Assembly: GCF_036321535.1 (NCBI RefSeq)
Contig: NC_087447.1
Coordinates: forward strand, 39,930,001-39,994,000
Reading direction: 5' to 3'
From: Camelus dromedarius
Lineage: Eukaryota
Length of the DNA: 64,000 nucleotides
The first letter of the stretch is position 1. Every line of letters begins with the position of its first letter. Shown here piece after piece: positions 35,763 through 48,600 of this stretch. The notes below the pieces were generated by a model. It saw only the letters and a program-made list of their open reading frames with translations, had not been told where the DNA came from and searched no databases. Position numbers and translations under genes: made by a program.

Positions 35763-38454
35763 TCTAGCTAGAAAGTATAATGCACCGAGATGAAGGGAGA
35801 CAGTGCAGAGCTAGAACCTAGGGTCATGAGGAAAAGAGCCCTTGAACAGAAAGCCAGCGAAGGCTCTTCCAAGAGGGGGCCATGAACGGTGTGCTTCATG
35901 ACCATTTTGAATCTAAGTCCCTTTAGCTCAACATAAAAATTACTTTAGTGAGATTTCAAATCGCAAAACAAATTAAACATCGTGACTAAACCCAAATGAA
36001 AGCAACTATAAGACGCTGAATATAATTTTCCATTACATGCAGTTCCCTCCTCTCACCAAAATCCTGACCGAGCTTCTTGGCTAAATGTTACACTGATTTG
36101 ATAAGCTGGGAAGAGAAAAAAAAAAAAAGAGGAGCAGGGGAAGGGAAACTTCTAGGTCACCCTTGGAAAACCCTGGAGCAATGTCCACTGACATCTACGG
36201 AGATGAGTCCAAATTTTAACCAAGTAGTAGCAAGTGAGCTCGCTTTCAAGAGGAACAGTGTTTGGCCCCCACGAGCTCCTGGTTGCTGCATCCCATCCCA
36301 TCCCCATGGCTTGGACCAACTCTTGCCTCAGTTTCCAGGATTCAACTTGACCTGAGACTGTCCTGGGCTCAACAGCATCATCATCTGACCCCAGTACAGT
36401 GCTTCATTCCAGTACCAGACAGTCTGATATCCAGGTTCTTATGGTTGACCTTCTGCCTTGGTCCCTGTTGATGAATCCCTGTCCAAGAATCTTCCTGGTA
36501 CCCTACCCCAGAGCCCTGACCACTTGCCCCTGCTCAGTGTCTGGGCTAAAACACCAGACTGCCCCAAAGTTGCCACCTGCTTTTCTGAACATCTGAGCAT
36601 CACCCCCCAAGTCCCACTTGCTGCGCTTGGTCTACCCATTGGGACACCCTATTTCATCGTGGACCCTTCTTTGCTGCTGTTGATTTTTTGGGACGGTGAT
36701 CAGAGACTGATGTACTCTATGCTGGCCAGACTCCATCTTTACTGTTAGCATGGGGACCAGTAATCTGAGTGCAATCCCATCCCCAAGGAAGAGTCAGATC
36801 CAAGTCCCATCCCTCCCTGCCTTCCCCCTTCTGTTGTTGATAACTCGTCATGCCCCAGTGTGACCAAGAGAAATCATATTCTCTGTGTTTGGTCATCTCT
36901 GTCGCATGGTAGGTGAATCAGGCTGCTGCTCTGTACATGTGACTCAATTAGGATGTATAAACATGATATACCAAGTACCCCCTGTAGGCAAGATACCTTA
37001 CTGGGTGAGGGAAGGGGAAGAGAACTTACTGAAGGTTTATTTTGTACCAGACATTCATTATATGATGCTTTACAAGATTATTTAATCTTAACTCACAACT
37101 ACCCCAAGAGGTAGATACTGTCTTTAACAGTTTCTGTATGAGGAAGAGAGGCAACGAACCATCAGTTAGGGACAGCGGTCCTGCTGACTTCAAAACTTAG
37201 GCTCATTCCCTGACAACCAGGAGTGGTCTTTTTGATAGGAAACTGGAACCCTGTGGGGTTTCTATTCTTTCTCCTTCTCCTTTTTTTCACCTTTTATAAA
37301 TTTTCATTTTATACATGGCATCTGCTTTCAGGGCCAGTGACTGAACTCAAGAGCACTCACATAAACTGTCCTCAGCCTCCGTCGCCATTTTTTTTTCTGC
37401 TACGAAAATTCAGGTGTCAAGCACTTTTTCTCGAGGTCACACAGAAAATGAAATGTGGGATTTCCACAAACACTCTCAAGGGGTCTGCATACAAGCAGTT
37501 AATGACACCTTATGGCAGCCACCATCCCAGTGAGCAGGGTACCAGTGGGACCTAGGTTTCCCAGAGGGAGTCGAACACTATCTGCAGGGCTTGGTGTTCA
37601 GCAGTGTGCTCTGGCCCCTCTGTCCCTGCCGCCAGAGGTAAGTTTGTAAGTTTCATATTTGCACAATGAACTACCCCCCCACCCCTTATTTTTAACAGAT
37701 TAGCACTTAAGGCTTTAAAATACCACAAAAATATACACTAGAGATTGCACTGGCTTTTTCCTGCAGGGGGGTTGGGGGGTAACCAAACTGATCCTTACGT
37801 GGATGGACCTGAAACAATTTCATGGTTGAGTTTAAATAGCCACGTCTGAGGATCTGAGTAACACAGAGAAAGAACCTCATCACCTGTTAGATCCAGGTGC
37901 ATAGGCGTTCACGGGTCACACTCAAGAGGGAGAGAAAAGAGACAGAGAACAGAGGGTTCGCCAGCAGAGGACTACAACGCTGATTTGGAAACAGCTATTC
38001 ATCCTGTGTGGAGAGCCATGTGAAGAAGCAACCAGCATCAACCCGAGACTCAGTCTGCAGACCCACAGAAGTCTGAGCTATGTTCTCACTTTTCTCATTT
38101 TTATGGTAAACCTGGCTACACTTAAAATGTCTAAAACCAGCAATAATGAAGCAATGAACCAGAAACCACAGAAGACACCTTTACCCTAGAAAACTGTTAA
38201 ACCGCACATTTGAGACTCTTACCTGATCCTTATAATTGGACAAAACTAGCTTTCACATGACCACATCATTACTGCCAGTTTCATTGTACTTTTTCGCCAC
38301 TTAACATTTTAAAATATGTCTTCCTTCAAATTTACACAGTGAACATATTTGATATTTTAATAATATAATATTTATCCTAGGCAATAGAATATATTTAAGT
38401 CATCACACAATTGCCAGTAAATTGGGTTGTCTCAGCATAGGTAGAACTGTATAC

Positions 38455-38455
<1 letters not shown>

Positions 38456-38505
<50 letters not shown>
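38456..38505. repeat. (GT)n microsatellite, about 25 units
   Basis: Seen directly; source of the THTHTH peptides in the ORF track. Confidence 0.95.
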
Positions 38506-38507
<2 letters not shown>

Positions 38508-38516
38508 GTGTGTATA

Positions 38517-38727
38517 CAGTTGAGCCTTGAACAACACGGGGGTTAGGGGCATCCACCCTCTTCTTGGTGAAAAATCTGAGGATAACTTTACAGTAAGTCC
38601 TTGGTATTTGTAATTCTGCATCCATGGATTCAACCAAGCACAGATCATGTAGTGTTGCAGTACACAATTATTGAAAAAAATATGAGTATGAGTGGCCCCA
38701 TGCAGTTAGAACCCACGTCGTTCAAGT
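38517..38727 (+). mobile_element. Tigger2/MER8-type TcMar MITE
   Basis: Preceded by TA; left TIR cagttgagccttgaacaacacggg and partial right TIR cccacgtcgttcaag; internal ctgcatccatggattcaaccaa. Confidence 0.8.
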
Positions 38728-39406
38728 GCGTGTGTGTATATACTTTTTTTCCTACTGTTATTTCCCTGGGATATATTTCCAAAAGTGGAACTGTTGAGTC
38801 AGAGTCAAGGATTGATTTTGTGATGTATTTTAAGTATCATCATTCTATTCTCCAGGAAAGGAAAAAAAATATAATTTATAATGCCTTCTGTGAAATATGT
38901 TTCCACAAAGCCCTGCTCATGTTATACTTTATAGCTTGTATTTATTTTTGATAATGTAGATAGGGGTGATATGGCAACTCATAGCTATTTTAACTTGAAT
39001 ATATGAAATTACCTCCCTGGGATGTGTTTACAGTGAATGTTTCTCTTGTGTGAATTATGTACTCATATCCTTTGATCATCTGTCCAATGAAGTCTTGATT
39101 GTGCCCTTTAAGATTTATATAAAACTCCCCAAAGTGTCTAGATGGTAAGTTTTGGCTGTTACGTTTATTGTAACTACTTCTCTAATCTATTGCTTCTCTT
39201 TCTATCTTTTAGTTTTATTGATTTTTTTTCTACCAAAAAAAAAAAAAGACTTTTAAAAATGTAATTGAACCCATCAAACTTGTCACTGATAATTTCTTCA
39301 ATTGCTTCAATAGTCAGAAAATCGTCTTTTCTCAACAATTGGGATAAGTATACCATTAAAAAGAATTAGCTCTCTAAACCGCCTGGCATTTGTTGTGGTA
39401 TAGCGA

Positions 39407-39540
39407 TACAGTGACCATATTTTCTAAATCAAAAATTGGAACATACGATCTGACAAGTGCCAGTATTCTTATGGGCAAAATAGGACAGAATATTTGAAAT
39501 TAAGACTGTCCTAGAAAATTGAGGACATATGGTCCCCGTA
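39407..39540. mobile_element. hAT-Blackjack-type MITE (MER94-like)
   Basis: Imperfect TIRs tacagtgaccata...tatggtccccgta around about 110 nt with aagactgtcctagaaaattgaggacat. Confidence 0.6.
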
Positions 39541-39734
39541 TGTATGGAGCAAGCTGTTATTTTAAAGGTACAGTGCCAGACCCTCTTCTCGCAGCTCCTG
39601 TCAACCTGAAGCAACAGAGATGTTTAGCCTGAGGTTCACCTCACCTGAGTCCTGAGCCCAGCCTTACCAGAACACGAAGGATGCTGGTAGGACCAGTTCC
39701 CCTCGAAGGAACAATCCAGAATTAGTTACGCTGC

Positions 39735-40093
39735 AAAAGCCTACTGCTGGCCCCTCCAGATCCACCTCTCTGTTCCCCACCTTCTCCTCGCCCAGGAGGG
39801 ACTGCAGTAGTGGCCCGGGAAGGCCAGGTTGGGTTATTTATTTCCTGGTTCCCTTGCCTGTGGAGTCACCATCCCCAAAGGTCAAAGTCTGCTGGGTGGC
39901 CCTCCTCACACCATTTTTCCTATCCCAGGAATTCAGTAACCACTCAGGCCTAGGAGCAGTAACAGCTCCTCACCTCCCCATGGTTACTAGGCCCAGATGG
40001 AGTACACTTACCTCACTTCTCTGAAATAACCCCTTTATTAAACTGTACATGAGCTACCCAGTTTGAGTGGGGCAGGGACCTGCACTGAGATAC
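39735..40093 (+). mobile_element. LTR33-like ERVL solo LTR fragment
   Basis: gcccctccagatccac...ggcctaggagcagtaacagctcc...aaataacccctttattaaact...tacccagtttgagtg. Confidence 0.7.
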
Positions 40094-43000
40094 CCAGTAT
40101 GCAGGCTGCCTCGGTGAACGAGTACCCGCGACTGCAGCTGGTTTTCCCTAGACCCCATCACTGAATTAAACCATCACAAGGTTTAGGCTCCTTCTCGAAG
40201 CAGAGCCCTCCCCGGACCACAGCCTGTCTGACCACTGTGCCAGCCCCTTCCTTGGAGGACAGGACCTCTCCGCTCCTCCCACTGACTGCAGGACAGACCA
40301 CCAGGCACTACAATCCAGCTGCTCATTCGATCTTGAAATCCTGAATTTCCTGTCCTGGTTCTACCCAACCCGGCTGCCTTTCTTCCGCTAGGCCAAGATT
40401 AGGGTCACAGAATGCCCCCAAGGTTCACCTCTGCGGCAACAGCCAGGGCTTCTTTCTTCAAGTCTCTAGAAGGCCAGAGACTACATACCTTTAAGGCGCA
40501 CTGGGCTGGTGCCATCATACGTAAAAGCCGGGACAGTCATCACAAGCACCGGGTGGTCTCGTCTCAGCATCTGCTCCTGGTCCCCCACACCTTCATTAGT
40601 GGGGGCCCCTCTCCTCCTAGCCCTCGCACGTCGGCTCCTGGTGCTGTCTGGAGGACCTCGCAATGCATTCCCTTTCTACTGACCCACCTTTTAGCCCCAG
40701 CACTATCTGGGGCCCTACTGCATGTTCCCATTAGCAACCCGGATTCCACTGCTGCCAAGTCCATGCCACTTGGGGGCACCGCTAACGTGCCCCCCACTCT
40801 GTGGGGAAACCATGAGCAGACAGAAGTCAAGGAGCAGGAATTTCAAACCACACAGTGCCGGGGGTGATGACCTCTAGGTTCAGCTCCACCAGCACCCACA
40901 GAGCCAGGCTCAGGACTGTCAAACCACACTGAAGGGGACGAGGCAAACAGGAAAGACATCATGAGAAAGGAAACTTGGGGCCCAGACAACAAGCAAGTGG
41001 TGATCCACACGCATGAGAAAACTTGGTAAGGCTTTGGAGGAGAAGCCGGGCTCAACCTAGAACCTGAAGGCACAGGAGAGGAAGCAAGACTGGAAGCAAG
41101 GCCTTAGGGACAAAAATCAGCAGCACTTGTGACTATATTAATCACTGTTGGCTGAGGGCACAAGGAGGGAAGGCAAAAATCATGCCACACCTGCTTCCAT
41201 CTAAGCTCTATGTGCTCCTGTTGGACACCAACTAGGCTGCATCTGATTCCCTGGGCCTGGAACAAGGCTGAACAAGAGCAAGCATCATAAATGCTTGTTG
41301 AATAAGAATGAATCAGGACATGACACAGTTATTGCCAAAGGGCAAGAGTTCAGCTTTCTATCTCGGAATCCTACATTTGCGAGGGGAGAAGAGTTACCGA
41401 GAGAAGAAATAGTTTGTGATGGATGCTTTTAAGAAGTTAAGTCAACAAGCATCAGGAAACACCTGGATACAGTTTCCCAATGGCTATGGAAACAGCTTAT
41501 TTCATTTAGGGGCTGTGGCGGCCCTCTGTCTTCTACCCTCATGCAGCTTCGGGGGGGCAGGCTCTTTCCCCTTGGGGTCTTCAGACTGAAGCTTGGCATC
41601 TGTCTTTCTCAGGTTGCCTGGTAAGAGCTCTGCTCTTGGGCTGCACTCCCGAGAGCTCAACCTGGGCACCTGTGCACACCTGAGCAGCGTGGGCTTCCTG
41701 TCTTGGGCCTGAGGCTTCTGACCTGCACAGTTGCTGACCCCTCCTCCCTTTTTAAAGCAGCCTCAAGCTCCTAGTGTGAGATTCACTGGCCTTGAAAACA
41801 CAATGTCTTTTCCTGTATTTTCTATTCCTGTCTTGGGCTCCATGTGCTTCTTTAGGCCATCCACCATCCCAGGTATCTCAATGTCTCCTTAGTAATAGCG
41901 CTAATATAATCATTTACATTTGCTTAATGGTTTACAAAGCTTATTTAATTCTGCAACAATCCTGCTAACTGGGTATCATGATCTCCAACTGACACTGAGG
42001 CTCCCAAGTGCCAGGCCCCCAGGGATCTACCCAAGATCTGGGACTCCTCATCTTCAGTCATAGCTGCTGCCTCCTCATCTGTCTCACTCCCTACACAGAG
42101 TAAGATCAAGCAGAGCTGAGCACCTCCTGTCACCATGCTACTGAGTCAGTCCATGCATCAAAGAAGGGTTGGACCAGGCTACAAGACGTGAGGTTCCTTC
42201 CAACTCTGAGCCTCTCTGATTCTATAATCTCACAAGCCTTTAACCTGCTGGCAATTTGCCACAAGCAAGCTTTCTCTCTCAAATCCCCCCAATTTACTAT
42301 GTTCGTCACTCAACTACGACTCTACGTTTTTTGAAGCTAGGCAGTGAACTGGGTAGCAATTCCCTATCTCCGATTTCCTAGTCTGGAAAATTGTGTTACA
42401 TCGGGCAAATGGAAGAGCTACCAGCAGCAAAGGGAAAAAAATCATAAAAATGTAGCTGTTTTTGTTTCATCCTGCCTTCTTCAGCAGATTTGGTTGGTGA
42501 CCTCTCTCTGAGTCACGAAAGGCTTTAAAACTTGCTCTGATTTACATCTGCAGGAAACAGAGTTTATGTCTTGCATTTTTCTTAAAAAAATTTTTTTTCA
42601 TTCCCAAACCATAGTTTATTCCCTTCTATATGGAATTTCTTGATAATACCGCAAGACAAAAATATACATACATAATAGCTCTTCAGCTCCGTGGTGTGGA
42701 TTAACCAAAACCACTCATTTCAACAAGAGCCTGCAGGCTTTAAGCCAATTATCCACAATGTATTCTGTGAGATTTAGCTGGACGGTCCTCTCCTCATCAA
42801 TTAAGTCATGGGAAAAGGCTCAGGATCACCAATGATCTCACTTGGAGAGTGACCCACAAGGAAAATCATTTTAAAAAAAAAGAAAAAAAAAAGTTTTCTA
42901 CCAGAGAGTTTAGAGGCAAGGGGCTATTTTTATTATTCTTGGCATCTGAAGTATGACACATGGTCTAATCTTTCACATCTCTATATACTGAACTGTGTTC

Positions 43001-43179
43001 CAGAGGAAAAATAAAGAGCCACGATTTAGCAAAGGTCAAGAAGACAAAGTTTATAGCTGCACCCCCCCACCCCCAGGCTAGATCTCTGTGGATTATGGCC
43101 ATTACTCTTTAGTTGCAAGCAACAGATCCCCATTCCACCAGCCCCCATGCTAATTAATTAAAGGAGATTTAAAAAATAA

Positions 43180-43791
43180 ATACCATGATAGAATCCTAAA
43201 ATGGTTCCTCAAAATTTTTTATCCTAATGCTAGACTGTGAATATGATGAGTTATCATGCCCTGATGATGTTAGGTGACAAGGCAAAAGGGGTTTTGCAGA
43301 TGTAATTAAGGCTACTAGTTAGTTGATTCTGAGTTAATCAATAGGTTATTCCAGTGAGATGCACCTAATCACATAAGTGCTTTAAAAGCAGAGTTTTCTC
43401 CTGCTGGTAGCAGAGAGGAATTCAGAGAGCATGTGGGAGGCTCTCTGTTGCTGATGTGGAGAGGGCCACACGGCAAGGAGCTGAGAGTGGCCTCTGGGAG
43501 CCAAGAGCAGTCCCTGTCAGCCAAGTCAGCAAGGAAAGAGAGACTTCAGTCCTACCACTGCAAGGAACTGAAGACTGCCAACAAGCTTGAGTTTGGAGGC
43601 AGATTCTTCCCCGGGGCCTCCAGATAAGAAGCCAGTCCTGCCAACAGCTTGACTTCAGTCTCATGAGACCCTGAGCAGAGAACCCAGCCCACCCAGACTT
43701 CTGACCTATGGAACTGTGAGATAATAAGAGGGTGTTGCTTTAAGCTGCTAAATTTGTGAGAATTCATGACGCAGTCAGAGGAAACAGATAC
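43180..43791 (+). mobile_element. MLT1 (MLT1E/F-like) solo LTR
   Basis: ctgtgaatatgatgag...ggcaaaaggggttttgcagatgtaattaagg...ccacacggcaaggagctgagagtggcctct...cagacttctgacctatggaactgtgagataata...tgttgctttaagctgctaaatttgtg. Confidence 0.85.
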
Positions 43792-44061
43792 CCAGATGAG
43801 TCCACAGACAAAACAAACAGAAAAACAAATACAAACAGAGCCAGGCCACGAGGAAGGAGAATCCCCCAGGCAATGAAACCTTCTGACCCTTGGACTCTCC
43901 CCTTAGCTTTTCTTTTGATACTGACCAGCTTCCCATGCTTTCATGTTACGAACACAGCTTTCAGCCCAACCCTGACCAACCCCACAGGGCCAGAACCTAT
44001 CACCAACCAAGAAAGTCACTGGTCCTTAGTTCAGATTCTGAGAGAGAAGCTGGCCACTGGT

Positions 44062-44350
44062 CATTCATTCATCTGGCAAATACTAATTCAACACATATAA
44101 TGTGTTAAGAAGGTGCCGTGGGGATGCAGCAATGAACAAGATAAACTGCTTGCCCGGAGTTTAAGTTCTAGCAAAGGCGAGATACGATGAAAAGGCAAAC
44201 AAATGTGTATGTCAGGCCAGCAGTGATAGGTTACGAGGGAGAAGGGAGCAGGGCAACGGGAGAAAGGCAAACAGGAAGTGCTGTTTTCAGGTAGGTGGTC
44301 ATGGGCCTGGAGGGGAGGGGAGCGTCTGAACAGAGAGTTGAGTGACGTGC
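44062..44350 (-). mobile_element. L2 3' fragment
   Basis: cattcattcatctggcaaatactaattcaacacatataatgtgtt...gggatgcagcaatgaacaagata. Confidence 0.65.
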
Positions 44351-44604
44351 AGGAGCTGGACAGGCAATGTGGTTATACAGGTGAAAAGGCCGTGGTCTTT
44401 GTGCAGAGCGCGTATGGTGCCAAGTGGGACGGCCAAGATGGACAGTCAATACGGTACCATGATGGCTGCAAAGGAAATACGTCCATGGGTCAGCGGCAAC
44501 ATGAAGGCTGATTAACCTCTGGTGAGGCTTGGGAGTCTGTGGGGAGGTTGGAAAAGGTATCTCAGAGAGAGGGACCAAGGAATTGAGGTTCAAGAATAAA
44601 TAAG

Positions 44605-44716
44605 AAAAATACGAAACGAACATAGGTATATATATGCATGACTGGGACATTGTGCTGTACATCAGAAATTGACACATTATAACTGACTATACTTCAATAA
44701 ATAAATAAATAAATAA
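44605..44716 (+). mobile_element. short L1 3'-end stub (about 110 nt)
   Basis: atgcatgactgggacattgtgctgtacatcagaaattgacacattataactgactatacttcaataaa(taaa)n; aataaataagaaaaa on both sides is a likely TSD. Confidence 0.85.
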
Positions 44717-44924
44717 GAAAAAATAGGATGTTCCCTGGCAGAGGAAGGGAGATGACAGCCTTCCTATAGCCAACCTCTTCCTTCCCAGAGACTCTATACC
44801 TTTCTTATACCTTGAGAATGTTTCTCACGCAATCTGAAAGGACTAATTTCTTTTCTTTCATTTCCAAATCATTGCAGAGGGATACTTTGCAATATATGAT
44901 AAAATAAATTTCTAGATAATGTCA

Positions 44925-45130
44925 GTTAACCACTATATACAAAAATAGATTAAAAAAACAAATTTCTTCTGTATAGCACAGGGAACTGTACTCAATATCT
45001 TTTAATAACCGTTAGTGAAAAAGAATATGAAAACGAATATATATATATATGAATAACTGGGACATTATGCTGTGCACCAGAAATTGATACTGTAACCAAC
45101 TATACTTCAATAAAAATAAATAAATAAAAA
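44925..45130 (+). mobile_element. short L1 3'-end stub (about 205 nt)
   Basis: ctgtatagcacagggaactgtactcaatatc...gctgtgcaccagaaattgatactgtaaccaactatacttcaataaaaataaa; same family as 13453-13732. Confidence 0.85.
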
Positions 45131-45249
45131 TGAACACTATTTGTTTAAAAAAAGAGAAAATGTTGAAATAACAGGGCATACAAAATACAAGCACGATGAT
45201 CACGTGCTCAGATGATGCAGTAGTGTCAAACTGCTATAAAAATCTCTCC

Positions 45250-45362
45250 CCTGGTGGTGATGAGAGCACAACAGTGTGAACATTTTTAATGCCACTGAAC
45301 TGTGCACTTAAAAATGGTTGAAGTGGTAAAATCTACGTTATGTATATTTTATCACACGCAAA
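45250..45362 (+). mobile_element. old L1 (L1MB-type) 3' end
   Basis: ggtggtgatgagagcacaacagtgtgaa...aatgccactgaactgtgcacttaaaaatggtt...ttatgtatattttatcac. Confidence 0.75.
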
Positions 45363-45448
45363 ATTTTCTCCTTCATTTTCATAATATCTCCAGTAGAAAC
45401 TTTAGAAAATCTGAAGTTACTTTTAAGTTGGTTTTTTGCTTTCATCTC

Positions 45449-46270
45449 TGTCATATTGTGATTTACAAGAAGCCCTTTCAACAATTTCTTGGTTTTCATC
45501 CCCATTTCTGTACAGAGCTCCTAAAACTCTTAACGTTACCTAAGTGATAAGGACAGTAAAGGACTGGTATTCCCAACACCCGCTTTTCAATCACATCTGA
45601 ATTTGTATCAGTGAGGTGAGTTTCAGAAAGCCTCCAAGGGTGGGGGCCAGTTGCCAGAGGAACCAACCACTTGATTAGAGGGTTAGAACTTAACCTCACC
45701 CCCTGACTTCAGGGGAGAGGAGGGGGGCTGGAGATTAAATTCAATCACAAATGATCGATAATTTAATCAATCATGCTTGTGTAATGAAGCCTCCATAAAA
45801 AATCTGAAAAAGGAGAGGGTTCAGAGAGCTTCCAGTTGGTAAGCACGTGGAGGTACTAGGAGACTGGAATGCCCAGCAGAGGCATGGAAGCCCCGCACCC
45901 CTTCCCACACACCTTGCTCTAAGTATCTCTTCCCTCTAACTGTTCCTGGGCTAGACTCTTAATAAACTGGCAGTCTAGTAAGTAAACTGTTTTCCTGAGT
46001 TCTTTGAGCCACTCTAGCAAATTAATTGAAACTGAGGAGGCGGCCGTGGGCACCTTCAGTCTAGAGTGGGCCAACCTGGACTTGAGATTTGCAGCTAATG
46101 TGGAGGTGGGGAAGGGGAGGTGGTCTTGTAAGACTGAGCCCTTGAGCTATGGGATCTGAGGCTATGTCCAGGTAGATAGTATCAGAACTGAGCTAAATTG
46201 TAGGACATCCGGTCAGTGTCCACTGAGAATGGGATTACTGCTTGACAGTATTGGAAAACACACATTGGAA
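45449..46270 (+). mobile_element. MER21 (MER21C-like) ERVL solo LTR
   Basis: tgtcatattgtgat...cagagctcctaaaac...aaccaaccacttgattagagggttagaactt...aatcaatcatgcttgtgtaatgaagcctccataaaaa...ggtagatagtatcagaactgag. Confidence 0.85.
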
Positions 46271-47559
46271 TCTCCAATATGAAAACTGTCACTAATGCTT
46301 TTACAATTTTTTTTTCTTTTGAAATAGTCTGCACTCCCATCCTTTCCTTTCTCACCTAAACTTGCACTTCCTCAGACCAGGGTCTGGTTCCTGCAACCAT
46401 CTGTCCAATGTCCTCCCTGGCCCCATTCTCCCAATCAAAAATGTCTTATATATAAGGAAGCTAAACTAATCTTCCTAAAACACCGTTTTCACGTTCTCAC
46501 TTGAAAATATTCATTGACTCCGCTAAAAATGTTTAGTGGCATCAGTTTTAATTCCTTCACCCAACTTCAGCAGAACTCATGACGGTATCACTCACTGCTC
46601 GCTTTATATTAACGTGACATTCTACTCCAGGCAGCTGAAGGTTCTCCCAGGCCCCTTGTCCCGTCTGCTCCAGCCCACACTGATCTCTCCATCTCACGCT
46701 ACCCCACCACAATGAAATCCGGATGAGAGATTGTTGAAAGGGCTCTAAATGCGTTGTGTGTGGTTTCAACCAGTCTGGGAACAGCAACCAGTTCTGCCCT
46801 TCTCGAGAAGAGCAGTGCCATAAAGGAGGGTATTAAGTAATTCGGGATGAGCTGTCAGGTGTGTCAGATTTTCAGTTAGCCTAGGAGCCTATCACTGTAT
46901 CAGTTCAATCATCCTACCGAACTAAGTCTAGCAAATCATAACGTCTTCCTAAGATATGCTTTATACTGAATGTGAAGAGGAAGATAATATTATCTATTAT
47001 GCAAATGAAAACCGTGAGATACAGCCAGGAGAAAAGTGAGTTGCCCAAAGTCACACAGCTGGTAAGAAAAGGATTCGAAACAGAATGTCAGACTCGAAAC
47101 GCGACACTGTTGCCGCCGCACATGCCTGCTTTTAAATGGCAGCTCTTCTCCAGGTTCTAGGAACTGCCCATTCCTCATCCCTGACAGCCTGAGAATTTCA
47201 CACCCGACACAGCAGTGCAAATCCTCCATGGATGCCATGGGCTTGCCATCCAGAGTCCACGGGCACCGGCACTCGCTTTCACCACCAAAGCGAAAACTTT
47301 TCAGCCCTGAGACTCATGCCGTTGTCTCAGAAGCAGACTGTTAAGCATCATCAGTCATCTAGGGTGTTTCCCTTCCCATCTGTGTTGAATGAGAAGGATG
47401 TTTTCAGAAGTAGCCTTTGGTATGATCAACCCTCTTTGCTTTTTCCCATGTTGCAGGATCAGGGTCATGGCTAGAAGTGAGAGGAGAGGAGGCAGAGGAC
47501 AGGAACTTGGAATAATACTTTTTAAGAAGCAGAAAGAAAAGGAGGAATCCGTGGGGAAA

Positions 47560-48600
47560 ACAGACCCATCGTTCAGAGTTGGGGGAGCCTTTAGGGATTC
47601 TTGTCACAGCTGAGGAAGAGGAGTGCTCTGAAGAAGCAGACAGTTGAAGAGAGATCATGAGAGACAAAGAAACAAAATTTGGAAGTCAGGCGGTCATGGG
47701 TAACCTTTGCTGGAGCAATTTCAACAGGAGCAGAAGCTGGATTGCAGTTTGATGCATGATTAGAAACGGTGAAAACGCAGTGCTGTAGATGCGTTTTCAA
47801 GACATTTGCTGAATAAGGGAAGAAAAGGAGCTGACTGAGGAGAAAGGATGGGGGTGGCACTGAGGGTTGAGGTGATGTTAGACCTAGGGGTTTGTCCCAA
47901 GTCATTTAGACAGATTATGTGATTATCCCTAGCAGCTCTTAGCAGGCCTGTGGCAGGCTCAGCAAAAAGGCCTCGTGAGTGGATTGAGGCTGGGGATTGC
48001 ACAGTGGGAGCAGTGAGAGAACAAAGGGAGTTGAGGTGGAGATGGGGAAAACCGAGGATGCTGGAGAACATGGCCGAAATAATCTACAACTGACCAGGCT
48101 GGGGTGTGGGTGGCTGAGGGTCTGCGAGAACAGAGGGTCGGGAGCTAGAGGTTGGAGAGCACATCTTCCTGGGAATTACGAAGTAGAAGAGATGGTGACA
48201 TGGAAGGTGGTAGGGCAGGGAAGCTCAGAGGGCAAGTGCTCATGATTCCAGACATGGGAGCAAAGTCACGTGGTGGAGTGGATGAAGCAGCCATGGATGC
48301 AGAGAAGATGGGAGTGCCACGGCCGGGGGACAGGTCAGTGAGAAGGCGGCTGTGCGGACGACTCCAAGTGCCAAAATCCTTGGTGAGTGAGACGCTCCCA
48401 GGAATTCATAACAGATGGGACTGGGCTAACCAGGCACCTCAGCCTAAAAGGAGGGAGGTTTCAAAGGAGTCATGGAGGACAGTGAGCTACAAGTGTACAT
48501 GGAAAACCAGGGCACTCAGGAAGAAAGCCATGTCCCAGAGACAGCCCAGGGTTTCCAGGAAAGCATCTGAGAAATCGGTTAACGATGTCTGATATTGGGG
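47560..48600 (-). mobile_element. L2 LINE fragments
   Basis: ggtcatgggtaacctttgctggagcaatttcaacagg...gaagctggattgcagt and further purine-rich L2-like blocks; boundaries uncertain. Confidence 0.5.

Larger units (their letters stand above)
38200..39360 (-). mobile_element. very old L1 (L1ME-type) fragments, interrupted by a microsatellite and a Tigger MITE
   Basis: ttatttccctgggatatatttccaaaagtggaactgttgagtcagag and tgtgaattatgtactcatatcctttgatcat are antisense L1 motifs. Confidence 0.6.

Noticed and set aside
38395..38667. ORFs with THTHTH repeats
   Set aside because: Translation of a (GT)n microsatellite plus a Tigger MITE.
40763..40781. CTCF-like motif ccacttgggggcac
   Set aside because: Mismatch at a core position and no supporting context; cannot be called without a PWM scan or ChIP.
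40412..40867. 151-aa ORF (likewise the 146-166 aa ORFs at 10279, 21880, 44231, 48152 and 48470)
   Set aside because: No recognisable domain or splice structure; several overlap L1/L2 remnants; lengths are compatible with chance.
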